Part shown: positions 37,601 through 51,289 of the stretch, piece after piece | How positions within the stretch are numbered: the first letter of the stretch is position 1 | Layout of the letters: every line of letters begins with the position of its first letter | Assembly (NCBI RefSeq): GCF_964355755.1 | Contig: NC_092673.1 | Coordinates: forward strand, 11,194,948-11,258,947 | Direction of reading: 5' to 3' | DNA length: 64,000 nucleotides | Source: Antedon mediterranea | Taxonomy: Eukaryota > Animalia > Echinodermata | The notes under the pieces: generated by a model | What the model was told of the DNA's origin: nothing | What the model saw: only the letters and a program-made list of their open reading frames with translations | The model's database searches: none | Position numbers and translations under genes: made by a program

Positions 37601-38368
37601 ATACCTATAACCATACAAATGTATTAAAAGACCAAATTGAACTTTAATAAATTGGTTATAATATATATGTATATAATACATTGTTATAATTGGTCAATTT
37701 TGAACTTTGACCCCTTACCTCTTCCTATTCGCTTCCTATCCTGATCGAAGTCTGATTTGATTAAATACAGTATAATATTATAATGAAATAACATAACTTT
37801 ACTAATCAAATAATTTGATTACTTGTAAAACCATCAATATCATAGTTTGGACAGCTTTGCATTTATTTGTTAACTAATACGCGTATTAAAATGTTGACCT
37901 TTGACCTTATGTCAAGTGATGAAATTGACCTTATGTCAACTGATGAAACGATGTATTCGCTCTTTTACATTGCGTATGATTGATTAACAGGATGAGAAAA
38001 CCTCCAATTTTTATTAAATATTAGTTTTTATTTGGTTTTATAGGTACGTTCTATGATTGGTCAATATTGACATTTGACCCTTAATCACAAAGGATTTTTT
38101 TTTCATAAGGTGATTGAATAGACACTTATAATAATAAAAATGTAATAAAAGACCAAATTGTGCTTCAATAAATTTGTTATAATACATATACATAATACAT
38201 TGTTGTAATTGGTCAATTTTGAACTTTGACCCCTTATATCTCAAAAACGCTTCCTAGCCTGATCGATTACCTTCCATATTCGTAATCTACGGAAAATTCT
38301 AGTCTAGAAAAGTTGGATGGCAATTTGTCCCCTTTCGGGTGGTGATTCCCCCTCCTGCCACCGGACTA
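34678..38368. mobile_element. Non-autonomous Academ-like element carrying an internal satellite
   Basis: TAGTCC...GGACTA termini, ~160-bp TIR, 3-bp TSD taa. Internal direct duplication 37378-37750 vs 37888-38265. Confidence 0.82.
35820..36660. repeat. ~120-128 bp tandem repeat inside the Academ-like element
   Basis: About 6-7 units containing gggcaaatccataagtgttccttaaggatcgagagtgcacaggcagctttattccatg. Inverted relatives at 15715-16240 and 12960-13080. Confidence 0.88.
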
Positions 38369-38377
38369 TAAGGTTAA

Positions 38378-39004
38378 AGACCCCTTCCCTGCAATTTTGG
38401 ACGTTTTTTTGGAAAATAATACATATATATCACTTTAAAAACATTAAACCATGTCATTCCTTGTCTTAAATGTACGTTTTATGGTAAATTATGATAAAAA
38501 GTGAGAAACAATGCACTACCTAAGTAGCTCGCGGCGATCGACCTCTCGTGGACGGTCTTAGGCCTAGCCTAGCTAGGCTTAGTTTTGTAGGCCTAGCTGG
38601 TAAACATCGATAACGTACGAACATCGTACGCTAGCTATATACCTAGCCTGACGTTGTATATTTGCTGCATTAATTGTCTTTCTATTTTTACCAGACTCCG
38701 TTGATACAAATTGGGGAAAACCCGGTATTTTCGCTGAAAAGTTAGGAGTCTTCCATTTGTTTTGGCTTCACGATCGATCGAAAAGTGGGCGAATTACAGG
38801 TGAAAAACAAAAATATCAATCCGCGCGCAATGCATTTTGGGATTTATAGCGGGCCGCTATAATTATTAGAATCGATTTATTTTTCACATTTTTAACCGTA
38901 TAAAGACGAAAAAAGTTATCGCAATAGGACCATATAGTATTATTTTTACATTAAATATAGTTTGTGATCTTAAATTAGATCTAAAAAACGTAGGGAATGG
39001 GGCT
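38378..39004. mobile_element. Kolobok-like MITE
   Basis: TTAA on both sides, AG...CT termini, imperfect TIR agaccccttccct / agggaatggggct. Confidence 0.75.
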
Positions 39005-39267
39005 TTAATAAACATGATTTGCATTATTATATACAGCATAACACATACAAATGGATATCGAATTAAGCTCTAAAAATAGATATTTCAGTCTTAAATATCT
39101 GGCCAAAAACTCAATAACTGTTACCTTTTATAAACCTCGTTTAAAAAGCTTTTTAGATTTAGCCTGCCTCTTCCAGGACTAAAAAAACTGATAAAAATCC
39201 GTCTTGATAAAGTTTGGTTGAAGAATACAAGCATGAGTAATGTATATAAAATATAAGATTGACTTAC

Positions 39268-39333
39268 GTAAAAACCCACAGCTGTGTTCCAACACGTTTA
39301 CAAGCTGGGTCTGTTACAAAAGTATAATATTGC
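39268..39333 (-). CDS. PTDSS1: Phosphatidylserine synthase 1 exon (QYYTFVTDPACKRVGTQLWVF)
   Basis: tttttag acceptor and gtaagt donor, 66 nt. Matches [21 protein letters not shown]. Confidence 0.95.
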
Positions 39334-39662
39334 CTAAAAAATAAAATCATTTTTGCATGTGAATATATTTTGTTCAAGGTGGTTTATAGGCGGTAGGGGG
39401 AAAGGTTTATTCGAGGCATTTATTTTTTTGTGTGTACTATGATAACATGTGTAAACAATTAAATACCCCTATATATATGAAAAAATACAATGAAAACACA
39501 ATTAATATCAAAATACAAAAATGGTGAATTGTAGATCATGGAATTATGTCAATGAAAACTACGACAATTTAGGAATATGTTATAATACAATATTGTATAC
39601 TATAAGGTATGCATTTTTATATTTAAAAACCTATCAATTAAGATAATATTACAAATGATTAC

Positions 39663-39775
39663 CTTAGAGTTGGTGTAACCATCAATACAATAAGTATGAT
39701 ACGGATAAGTGCAACAATATGATTGTCTGGGTACACAAAGATGTGGCGGAAGAAAAAGGTGTTTAGTTCAGCAAC
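39663..39775 (-). CDS. PTDSS1: Phosphatidylserine synthase 1 exon (VAELNTFFFRHIFVYPDNHIVALIRIILIVLMVTPTLR)
   Basis: cttcag acceptor and gtaa donor, 113 nt. Contains the ELNTFF..HIF motif of PSS1. Confidence 0.95.
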
Positions 39776-39847
39776 CTGAAGAACAAACAAACATTTTGGT
39801 TTATTTTATTGCTAAGGTCAAGTCTGGGGGTCACTTTATCAAGTCTA

Positions 39848-40793
39848 CCGTATATTTTGGTGTATAAGTCGCACCTGTGTATAAGACGCACCCCCTAACT
39901 GAGAGTAAAATATCGGTATTTTTTATACAGTCGATGTATAAGACGCACTTTATATTTCATCAAAACAATGTTTTTCTAAATTGTAATCAATATTATTGTA
40001 ATATATTTTGTTATTTTTTTTTTTTTTTTTTTTTCATTTCATTTATTTCAATATCATTATCGCAGCCTTAGCTGAATTACAAAGATATTTACATTTGTTC
40101 AATATTATATCTACAACTGCGTCCTTTATTTAGGTTTTTTCTTACCTAGGCTCGGTCGCGGCCCAGCCTCAACAAGAAGGGAAGTCCCACATTCCGTCAG
40201 TTCTTTCTAACTTGTTATTCATGAGTTTCGCACCCGCAACATCGAGTGCATGACAGTGTGTGTAACACGCACGTGTGTGGTGGACTAGCCTCGCTCGGTC
40301 ATTTTGAGAGGGTGCACGTTTTCGGACAATCGTATTCGATTAGTATCTATGTATCCGAGAAGTGTGTACGCTAGGTCCATGCTTAATCAACTGGAGAATA
40401 TACTAGTCGAATACCGTACACCATGTGGCCGCCAAGAAGGGCTTGTGCTGAGGGTACGGCAGTCGGCCGTATAATACTATTCCAATCGTAAACGTTTACA
40501 AATGAAATTTTATCGGAGTGCCTAAAACAGCTCCATAATGAAGAAATCTTTTCATCATATTTTTAGTATAACATCACGCTAAAAAACACGCTTGAAAACT
40601 AGGCAGAATTAGGTTGCCGTTACGTTAGTACACTGTAGCTAGGCCTAGCCTACTCAGGCCTAGCCAACGTCAACGAGGAGACAATAGTACAATCTGTGTG
40701 GTGAGGCAGTTATGTTCAGTGTATAAGACGCACCCTTAATTTAGAGGTCAAATTTGCATGTCAAAAGTGCGACTTGTACACCGAAATAAACGG
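39848..40793. mobile_element. Tc1/mariner (pogo/Tigger-type) MITE
   Basis: TA TSD and TIR ccgtatattttggtgtataagtcgcac / gtgcgacttgtacaccgaaataaacgg. Confidence 0.85.
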
Positions 40794-41193
40794 TAGATAC
40801 TTCAAGTGTAAAGTATCCTATTGCAAACAAAAACTGAATTATTATAATACTGGCCTATGTTTTAACAGCAAGAACAAATTGATTATTGAACAAGAATTTA
40901 CAGATTACTGTCTACAGTACATGCATCATAATACTGTATTATCAGCAAATTTTTTCATAGACACTCTTCTCCCAGGCATGCTTTGGGATTTGTAATTTTA
41001 GCATGACCTGTCCTAGTTTACAAAAAACAAAAAACTTCGGCCTATAGAACTATAACTGCTGCTTGCGTTCAGTTTAATAAAATCCTAATTTTCAAAATAC
41101 CATCGTACAATTTTCTCAATTTGTAAGCACATCTAACATTGTTAATTAACGGATCATGCTGATAGGGAGAAGTATGTACAATATTTAAAAAGA

Positions 41194-42558
41194 ACTAGAT
41201 TTGAACTCGCCACTTTCATTTGGTTTGGTTATCCGCGCAAACGCAACATGCACACATACGTTGTTAAAATATGAATGCCGACAATTATTATGCCATCCTA
41301 TGAGTATGACATGAACTAAATATGTTTACAGTGCTGACACTGACAGCATATTACAGTATTTACAGAATACACTGTATGTTAAATACAGCGTACTGTAGCA
41401 TAGATGAAATTACGAGACCTATATTTTAAATCCAATTTCTAATACGATGACATCATCAAATTGACATATAAAGATAACTATTTTTGAAGATAATTATCTA
41501 ATGAAGAATTTTGGGCACGCAAAACTGAGATGCGTTTTATTTAAAACGCGATGAACTTTCACAAAAGAGATGAAAATCTGACTTTTTGAATTCAACTGGC
41601 CATATGATGACATAATGACATCAGATACACAACAATTTTATATGAATTCATATCTGCAACAGCTTCCATAATAAGTTTTAATCATGTGGGTCACTTTTCA
41701 TTCTAATGAGCTGTAACAGATTAAAATATACTGTAAAGATGAAATTAAGTAATTTAGAGAATAGATTGAGAAAGAACGTATTAAAATCTAGGAGAAAACG
41801 GGAAACGCATTAGCGCGATGCGTTCTATTAAATTGGATTAACTAGTACAAAAGCAAAAACATTGTTATTTTTAAAATTTGAGTGGCCATATACTGTAATA
41901 TGGTGATGTCAAAACAACCAGTAGGTACACATTTTATATGAATTGATATCTACAACTCATCAGCTTCCATAATAATTTTTTTTTAATGGGTGTAACCAGC
42001 CATCATGAGCAGCTATAACTGAATAATAGTTATATTTTGTAACAAATTTGCATTAAATTACCTATTCTTTAGCACACATGCATCATTAATTTCCAATAAA
42101 AGTCCATCAAAATGAATAAAATTTACTAAAGTATGTATGAAAAACAAAATGTTCAAAATGACCTGAAATGTACGCGAAATTGATTACAAATTAATTTTGA
42201 AATTTCAAATACGCGTACTCGCATAATTGTTTGCGTAGCACGTCATATTTATGTCAAAAGATGCTCCATAGTTTGAAATACACTTTCGTAAAATTTCATT
42301 GAAAAATACATTTTTGTTCAGAATTTATGAGCAACCAAAAAATGTCATAAAATCGGGCGAAATTCACGCTGCACGACTCTTAACGCCATATAACAAAGTT
42401 TCTTGCACATTTACAGCTACAGGTCAATCTCATGACAAAGTTATACAATCTGATGTTGACCAGATATGCTGCGAACAAAATTTGTGGAAAGAAAGAATAT
42501 AGAAAAAAAAAAGGCAGTGACAACAAGGGTTTATCTGCCAAGTGCGGATAACCAATTA
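41194..42558 (-). mobile_element. Helentron/DINE-1-like element related to 13113-14626
   Basis: Begins actag (3' CTAGT end). Subterminal ggttatccgc pairs with gcggataacc near 42545. Internal similarity to the reverse complement of 13600-14390. Confidence 0.65.
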
Positions 42559-42968
42559 CTCAAATTGTAGGATATATAATAGGTTTTGCCAATGCATAAC
42601 ACCATAACAGTGTATGCATAAAAGTGTCAACGGAATTAGAGTAATTTTATATCTCTGCTGCACAGGCTAAATATCATCATTATTACTTTCTGTGTTTACT
42701 TTACATCAACTGCAAGAATTTTTTTTTTTGACAAACAAAATGAACTATACTTTCATTCAAATAATTAATTGTATGCACCAACTTGCAAACTGTTTTGGAT
42801 ATGAAATTACCAGTTTAATTTTTCCACCAAAATTGAGCATGAAATATGATACATGAAAATTAAAAAAGTAGTCTTTATACAGTGTCATATTTTCAGTATA
42901 TTAACCACAGATGGGTACATTAATTGGAAGACACAGGTATGATTGCCAAAAAAGATGAACATAATTTG

Positions 42969-44731
42969 GGGTGTGTAGAAAGCGACGACCTCGAATTGGA
43001 CGACCCCAACGACCCGGGCGACCTCGAATTGAACGACCTCGAATTGAACGACCCATAACACGAAACCGACGACCCCTATAGCCTAGCCTAGGCCTAAGTG
43101 TGGTATAACATCCCGAAGCCGAACATAGCCAAAGATCTTTAAACTATACCTTATTATATAATACTCGCAAGCAGCAATTGATTGAAAAAATACAGAAATA
43201 TCGCCATTTGATACTGATTGTGTCGACACGAACAAACGAAAAGATATGGAACGCCAAGAGTGCATCATTAAAACTGCATTCGACATATTAAAAATAAATT
43301 AAAAAGAAATAAATATTATACAATACATGGTTAAACCATGGACGTATAATTACATCTCGTCTTCTTATAACGAACACTATAGGCCTACCAAGCAGCGTAA
43401 CATGTGCATGGCCATGGGGGGGGATATGACCGGTTGGGCCGCCGACAAGTAGTTGAGCCGCCGGTAATTTCTATGAAACGGCCAGTGTGTCTTTTACGAC
43501 ATTTCGCGTAGTGATAGAGTGGTGTCCTAGTAGGCCCTACATAAGTTCATGGTCTTTAGGTTTATTGTGTCATGAAAATAAATAATAATTACATACTACA
43601 ATTTTGTTGGTTTGAAACAGCAAAGGAAAGTAGTCATATTTAATAATTTAATTGTTTTTAATCTTTCAAGGTAAAAATGCAGTGCACTCCATAATATTTT
43701 TCTCGTGTGTATGCCTACCACGTAAAATCACGTTGTCTCCCAGGACTAATGAGTATTGATATTCTTCGAATGAGGTTAAATAATTATTATTTTTTATTTA
43801 CTATCTTTTAATATCATATTTTATTGAATTTTACAATGTTAATACACAAAATATTTTACTAAAAAACGGTGATTTTATGCAATTATTTTACTTTAACTGC
43901 CGCCTGAGGGGGCAACATGTTTACGTCATTTTTGGCTAAAAACGATCATTTTCGGTCATGTTTTAGGCCTTATATTTTGGAATCTACAAGTCAGATATTC
44001 GTAATTATTTCTCTTTAATTATAATATTTAATAATATATACTAAAAACCGTGATATATAAACTTTGGAATATACATCGTTATATCTAATAATTAATATGA
44101 ATAGAACTTCTATTAAATAGAAACGAGCACCGGCGAAAGTAAGCATTTGGCGTTTCATAGAAAATAACGTTTTTCTGGCGGCGCCTCAACTTGTCGGCAG
44201 CTCAACTTGGCCTAATCCTGCATGGGGAGGGCCATAAAAGCTTTACATTTCACACATGCATTGTATACGGTCAAACCATGGAGGTATAAAAATATTTTTA
44301 CCAAACCATGGAGCTGGTCAAACCATGGAGCTGGTCAAACCATGGAGGTAATACCTCCGTGGTCAAACCTTACCTGCCGCTGAAAAAGGGGCCTGGTTTG
44401 CCATGTTTATGATATTTCGTGTGCTAATCGAGTCGAATGCAGTTTTAATGATGCATTCTTGGCGTTCCATATCTGTTCGTTTGTTCGTGTCGACACATTC
44501 AGTATCAAATGGCGATATTTCTGTATTTTTTATCAATTGCTTGCTTGCGAGTATTATATAAGGTATGGTTTAAAGATCTTTGGTTATGTTCGGCTTCGTG
44601 ATGTTATATCATACTTAGGGCTAGGCTAGGCTATTATAGGGGTCGTCGGTTTCGTGTTATGGGTCGTCCAAGTCGAGGTCGCCCGGGTCGTTGGGGTCGT
44701 CCAATTCGAGGTCGTCGCTTTCTACACACCC
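42969..44731. mobile_element. Non-autonomous DNA transposon with ~320-bp TIRs and 10-bp TSD (Mutator-like)
   Basis: GGGTGTGTAG...CTACACACCC termini. TSD acataatttg at 42959-42968 and 44732-44741. A probable nested TIR element lies at ~43420-44220. Confidence 0.85.
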
Positions 44732-44765
44732 ACATAATTTGATATCTGACAGTAGTGACACATAC

Positions 44766-44907
44766 CATTGTTACCAGAACCAATATGTAGACAGCAATAA
44801 TTCTCATGTAAGATGAATGAGGGTCAAGCCATCTCACATGGGTCCAACTTGCAGGAGTAAATTGTAAAACTGCACGTCGAATTTTACCAGAAGTTGATCG
44901 AATATCC
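44766..44907 (-). CDS. PTDSS1: Phosphatidylserine synthase 1 exon ([47 protein letters not shown])
   Basis: tttcag acceptor and gtatgt donor, 142 nt. [20 protein letters not shown] is characteristic of PSS1. Confidence 0.96.
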
Positions 44908-45288
44908 CTGAAAGATTTTTCAAATATATTTCATTCTATAAGTCGCTAAGTAATGAACAATAATGTGCATGCAGATGATAGTTTAAAAAAGTATGTATGT
45001 GGTGAGGAGGCATCATTTGAGGCTTGCAGCCTCTTAGAAATTGTATTGATGATCTACGGTTCATCAAAAGGTATGTTCCAATCCTCTCAATTGTGTTCAT
45101 TTCCTTTAAAAAATCCAGAACAAATCATGCCCACTTGACCCTATTCCAAAGGAATGCTGTGATCCAATTGCCCCAGTCATTACTTGTATCACCAACTGCT
45201 TGTATGTAAATGGAGAGTTCACATTTCATTTAACAGTGTCAGGATTTTTAGCACATTTCAATGTTATTACTAAGCTGGTTGAGACTAT

Positions 45289-46258
45289 GGCTATGTTCAG
45301 ACCCATGGCGTTAGACCGTTTTAGCGTACAACGTTACTAGCAAGGTCACATTACAAACCGCAGAGAAAAAAATGAGGTATTCAGACCCATAGCATACGAT
45401 TATCGTATCATATCGTATTAACGGAAGTGCGTCATTCAGGTTGTTTCTAGTTGCATATTCATGTACTCTTACCCACGTGTTTTCATCATTATTTCCACTG
45501 TATAGGCCTAGATCTCGGCCCTACAATTATGACAAAATTTGCTGTAAATAAAACATACCTCAGCATTTATTTTACAAAAATATAGTAAAGCAAAATTTCT
45601 ATTTCTATTGTTTTTATTTTGTAGTAAAAAACATTTTCCCCAGGCCTCGTGTTGTAAAGAAAATAAAGCAGGCCTCTAAAATGAAGATGGAGACTGTGTT
45701 AACCACATGGTTGAAAATAACCCTTAACTTGCTAATAAAAAAGACACAGCTTTCCTCTGGTTTGTTTACTGATTTTTTTTAGGAGTTAAACTTGTCCAGT
45801 CTAGTCTGCCTTGTATATATATGAATGAGTGACTTGATGTTCCGCGCTAGTTTTTAGCTGGAATGAAATGCGTGAATGGCTCTTAGCTAGGCCTAAAAAG
45901 GGACGGGATCGTAGTCACTATGTTTAAATAAAAGGTGCATTTATTTATGTCATTATTTGTTAGAAAATATAATGGTTAATCAGTTGATACATGTAGTTTG
46001 TAGCCTAGTTTATTTTAACAGTATTTGTGGCCTAGTTAGGCCTTATATATTCTGGCCTTTTTGTTGTTGAAATCCATCTCTCAAACATTGACGATACAAG
46101 ATGTCAGCCTAGGTCAAACCTTGTTTCGCGTCATAACAGGAAATGTTCTGATTGAATACAACGTTGACTTACAGTAGCGTCGTACGCTAAAACGGTACTA
46201 TCAACCGTTTTCCACTACAACGCTAAAACGGTCTAACGCCATGGGTCTGAACAGGGCC
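45289..46258. mobile_element. PIF/Harbinger-like MITE
   Basis: ~38-bp TIR ggc(ta/cc)tgttcagacccatggcgttagaccgttttagcgt and 3-bp TSD tat. Confidence 0.8.
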
Positions 46259-46329
46259 TATGTATGTGACAAGATTGATATGTAATAAAGACTAAAAGAA
46301 CTATAAACATTTCATTTCATCTTTACACT

Positions 46330-48874
46330 GGGTGTCTCGAAAACAGAGACCTCGAAAACAGAGACCAGAGATCCAAGGTCTCTGTTTTCGAGATTTTCTC
46401 GAAAACAGAGACCCCAACTAAAACGTCTCAATATTACGTTATATAGGGGGTCTCTTTTTAACTTGAAAACAGAGACCCCCACTAAAACGTCTCAATATTA
46501 CATTATATAGGGGGGTCTCTGTTTTCGAGTTTTTCTCGAAAACAGAGACCCCCACTAAAACGTCTCAATATTACGTAATATATGGGGTCTCTGTTTTCGA
46601 GTTTTTCTCGAAAACAGAGACCCCACTAAAACGTCTCAATATTAAGTCAATATTACGTTATATAAGGGGTCTCTGTTTTCGAGTTTTTCTCGAAAACAGA
46701 GACCCCACTAAAACGTCTCAATATTAAGTCAATATTACGTTATATAAGGGGTCTCTGTTTTCGAGTTTTTCTCGAAAACAGAGACCCCCACTAAAACGTC
46801 TCAATATTACGTAATATAGGGGGTATCTGTTTTCGAGTTCTCGAAAACAGAGACCCCACTAAAACGTCTCAATGTTACGTCAATATTACGTTATATAGGG
46901 GGTCCCCACTAAAACGTCTCAAAATCACAGAATGACGTATCAGTAATAAACGGTAACTGATGATCAAAGAACATGCCGCAACGATAAGAAGATTGATCAA
47001 TTCTTGAACGCGTGTGAAAAGACTGTCATTTTGGAATACAAGGTCGACATCCTAGAAGTAAAATGTATAAGCTAAAAAGCGGGAGATTATTTCAAAAGCT
47101 GACACTAGTTTCGTAACATTTATTTACAAGCATAAAAGATAATAACGTACAATGCAATAACAAAATGATATGAGGTCAGACTTTGCGGCAGACTGGAGGA
47201 TGAAGACAAATATATTGTGTTAGGCGAGCCTTAAAAAAGAAATGAATTTTTAAAAAATAAATAAATTGATAAATAAATAAACATAAATTTATGGTTTTTG
47301 CGATAAAAGTTGGGTTTTAATAATTTATGACCAAGCTTGTTGGTGGATATTTGCAACACTCTTAATAAACAGGGATTATTTTAGGGGGTCTCGGGAAATC
47401 TCGAAAAAAGAGACCCCCAATATAATGAGACGTTTTAGTGAGGGTCTCTGTTTTCGAGTTTTTCTCGAAAACAGAGACCCCTTATATAACGTAATATTGA
47501 CTTAATATAGACGTTTTAGTGGGGTTTCTGTTTTGGAGAAAAACTCGAAAACAGAGACCCCCTATATAACCTATGCTCACGCTACCCATTCGCGTTTTTG
47601 CAAATTGCGATTGGAGTTGTCAATTTGCGGAAAAAAAAAATTATATCATTCGCAAAACTTGCGAAAATAATTTTTCCTTAAAAACTCAAACTTTGTCCGC
47701 TTAGTTAGGCTTCAAATGTTAAAGTTTTATGTAAACCACAACGACTTCGCCGCCGCCGCCAGCCTATAATACGTGACAGCGATGTAGCGTTACTTGCTAT
47801 CAATGACGTTTTTTTCGCTTCACTCGAACAAATTAAAACGAGTTTCCCTTTAGGAGGCTTATTAATTGTACAGGCGAGTAGTTGTAAATCGCGTTATCTG
47901 TAAATGTACACGCGACCGACTAAGGAGAATTCATTTTATGAATATAATGCGCAGTAATTGTAATTACGAACAAACAAACAAACTGCGTATAGATGAAAAT
48001 ATCGCGCAATAACAAACATGCTGCATGGACATTCCGTCGACGTTGTGTAGTTCGTTTGTGGTGTGTTACGATGTTTTCGCGAGTGAATAAGAAGCATATA
48101 AAAGACAAACAAAAACTATATTATTTTATATTGTTTGTGATAAAAAACTTTATCCAGGCAGGCTGTATTGCCGATAATTGATAGAGGCCTGACGCCGATC
48201 ATACATGACTCGGCTGTGGCATAGATAGTCAACCGTTGAATAGGCCTCCTATAGGCTATGGCCGTGGCGACTGGTATCACGTCAGGCCGGTTAGGCTGCA
48301 GTAGATAGGCCTAACATATTTTAATGCGGTCATGTTTTATTTGTATTTTAATCACAAATTTTGAATGAATAAAGATAAAAACAATACAAGACAACAATTA
48401 TATATTTATTTGATGTATCTACAAACAAATTTAGCCATTTTCATGGTTTTTAAAATTTGCTAAAGAATTTTCACTTTTGCGAAAAAAAATCGGCGACCTT
48501 TCGCAAATTTTGCGAAAGAAAATTTGACCTTAGCGTGAACGTAGATAATGTAATATTTAGACGTTTTAGTGGGGTCTCTGTTTTCTCGAACTCGAAAACA
48601 GAGACCCCCTATATTACGTAATATTGAGACGTTTTAGTGGGGGTCTCTGTTTTCGAGAAAAACTCGAAAACAGAGACCCCCTATATTACGTAATATTGAG
48701 ACGTTTTAGTGGGGGTCTCTGTTTTCGAGTTTTTCTCGAAAACAGAGACCCCTTATATAAACGTAATATTGACTTAATATTGAGACGTTTCAGTGGGGGT
48801 CTCTGTTTTCGAGATTTTCTCGAAAACAGAGACCCTGGGTCTCGGGTTTCGAGGTCTCTGTTTTCGAGACACCC
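46330..48874. mobile_element. Foldback (FB/Mutator-like) element with arms built of palindromic ~62-73 bp tandem units
   Basis: GGGTGTCTCGAAAACAGAGACC TIR. 10-bp TSD tctttacact at 46320-46329 and 48875-48884. Confidence 0.88.
47571..48544. mobile_element. Nested TIR element in the foldback arm
   Basis: TIR ctatgctcacgcta / tagcgtgaacgtag. Candidate 5-bp TSD ataac/ataat. It splits a repeat unit. Confidence 0.7.
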
Positions 48875-50453
48875 TCTTTACACTGGTACCAAGAATCACA
48901 ATATGTGAATTGAATCAGATATTATCAAATATTAATTCTTGTCTGTCGTCGTTTATTAATGATAGGGACTTTACGAAACACAACGGGAAGCCACAGGACG
49001 GTGCTCATGAATAATTTATGCATGAGCTTTAACAAAGTGGGCGAAGCTTAGCGTGAAATTCCATCGTCGTAACTTTTTTAGGACGATAAAGTTGCCATTT
49101 TCCCGTTTACGGAGAACAACTAGAAATAATGTAAAACCTTAAATATATAGTTCAAATTGCACTTAAACGTAGAATTTTCAAAACTCTAAATAATATTTGA
49201 TCTTCCAAATTAATTGCCTTTAATGAAATAACATTTTTATTGGGTTAACCGATTCACCCCGATAAGCGCTTAAAGCGCTTATGAGGTTAAAACTCAAGGT
49301 CATTGTAAACAAATTGTCAACAAATAAAAAGTAAATCAAATTTATGTGCGCAGTTTGATGTGCATGAATCGTGACAAAAAATTATACAAAATAATCACAA
49401 CATTTTAAACAAAAATATGCTTCTAAATATATATAAACAATTGGTGAAGTTTGAAAATAAATTCATAAATATAAACATGTTGAATGAATCTAGGCCTGAA
49501 CATTCAACGTAAAATCGTCTAAAATCCATCTTTATTTGTAATAATCACTATTTTGAAGTTTGCATACAATAAATATATAATATTAACAAATAAAGATTAT
49601 TTATCAGTTACAGTGTCTAAATCGTCATATTTCTATGTAAAAATGTGATTTTTCAATCTAATGATATACCCACCACAAATTGCAATACAGGGATGTAATT
49701 GTGCAGGGCGGAGCCAGGCGGGGCCGCCCTGCCTAAAAGCCTCCCGCCCAGTCTAAAGCTAATTTTAAGGCCTTCCGCCCAGCGTCAGACGTACCTGTCC
49801 GCCCACCCTAAATTCCTTTTTTTCCGCGAAATATCGGGCATATTCTAGCTAACACAAGCTAAACATCGCACAATGCAGCTAGCCTAGCACACCAAACACA
49901 CAGCTTTGAAAATCAACCAAGCAGAACTGTCATGTACTTAATGCTGATTGGACGGTACGCCCAAGTTCCACTTGAGTGAACATCACAACCTAGCATGCAG
50001 CTTGCTAGCTTTGCATGCTGTGCGCGATTTTCTTATCTCTGTTACCTCCATGGTTGTATGAATGAATCATGGAGTTTAAAAATAGTAGTACTGTATTTAA
50101 ATAATAAACGTATACCGGTAATTATAAATGTTAGCGTCAATATCCTGTTATAAAATAAAGATTAAATTTGTTGTAACTGATATTGATGTACACAAGACGC
50201 TATTGTTCCATTATTGTTATTAAAAGTACTTCTGTCTATCTGTCAATATTTTGTTTCACACTATTAATTCATCAGTAGTACCGCCGCATATATCTTCTGG
50301 CGGTGCCCTTTGTAGACTGATTTGCATAATCTTTTTTTCTTCTCAAATATTTTATTGATGGTTTAATCGGACAATGTGAAACCAGGGAGGAGTTAAATTA
50401 CTTAATTAAGCCTTGTAAAACAATTCCCTAGTAGGCCCAATTTATTCTTCAAG

Positions 50454-50520
50454 ATGTCGTCTAAGAAAGCAAAGCAATCTCAACAAGCAAAGAATATTTT
50501 TTCATATTTCTCAAAAAACG
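50454..50520 (+). pseudogene. Probable first exon of the hAT transposase (MSSKKAKQSQQAKNIFSYFSKN)
   Basis: ATG start, gtaagt donor at 50521, and a basic N-terminus with an I.SYF motif common in hAT transposases. Confidence 0.55.
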
Positions 50521-50896
50521 GTAAGTAAACGTACTTCTTTTTGAAACTTAAATTAAATACATATCACAATAAATATCTTGTTTGATCCATGGAGATAAAT
50601 CCATGTTTGATTTACATTTAATAGACATTGTTACTTATAGACGGTGTCGTGCTTCGGGGATTACAATAAGTTAAATTAAGATGTTAATATTTTGAGTAGG
50701 GCCTGTATACTGGACATAAATAAGATCGATCATAAATGATTATGTATATTGTGAAAGATTTGTAGTTTAACCATTCATAAACGTATACGTTCATGGTTAA
50801 ACCGTGTTGGCGTACGTATTTCTAGGTACCGTAGTTAACGCACGTTGTTTGGCGTCGCGGCACTTTTAACATACTCAAAAGTTATATATTATTGCG

Positions 50897-51289
50897 TTGC
50901 CAGCATGCCTTAGTATCGTATTTTATGAGCTAAAGACAATGTTACCGCAAGAATGGATGGAATTAAAGCAGTATATCGTCGACCACTATGCTGATAAAAC
51001 AAGCACTGAAGTTGTGCGATTGCTAAGTACTAACCCAATGCGACAACTGTATCCAAACATTGCGGAACTAGCCGAGGTTTATCGAACCATCCCACCACAT
51101 ACTGCTGACGTAGAACGCGACTTTTCTCAAATGAAAACAATTAAAACATGTCTGCGCAATAGAATGACGGAAAAAACATTAGATGCAATTATGAGAATTG
51201 TCATTGAAGGCCCTACATTAAAAGAGTACCCATTCAAAAAAGCAGTAGAGGCATGGGCCATTAAAAAAAACCGGCGAATTAAACTGTAG
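50897..51289 (+). pseudogene. hAT C-terminal dimerisation domain remnant (ZNF862-like)
   Basis: YPNIAELAEVYRTIPPHTADVERDFSQMKTIKTCLRNRMTEKTLDAIMRI. Confidence 0.88.

Noticed and set aside
46330-48874. CRISPR-like array of palindromic repeats
   Set aside because: The linkers are constant rather than unique spacers, there are no cas genes, the context is eukaryotic, and the region is bounded by TIRs and a 10-bp TSD.
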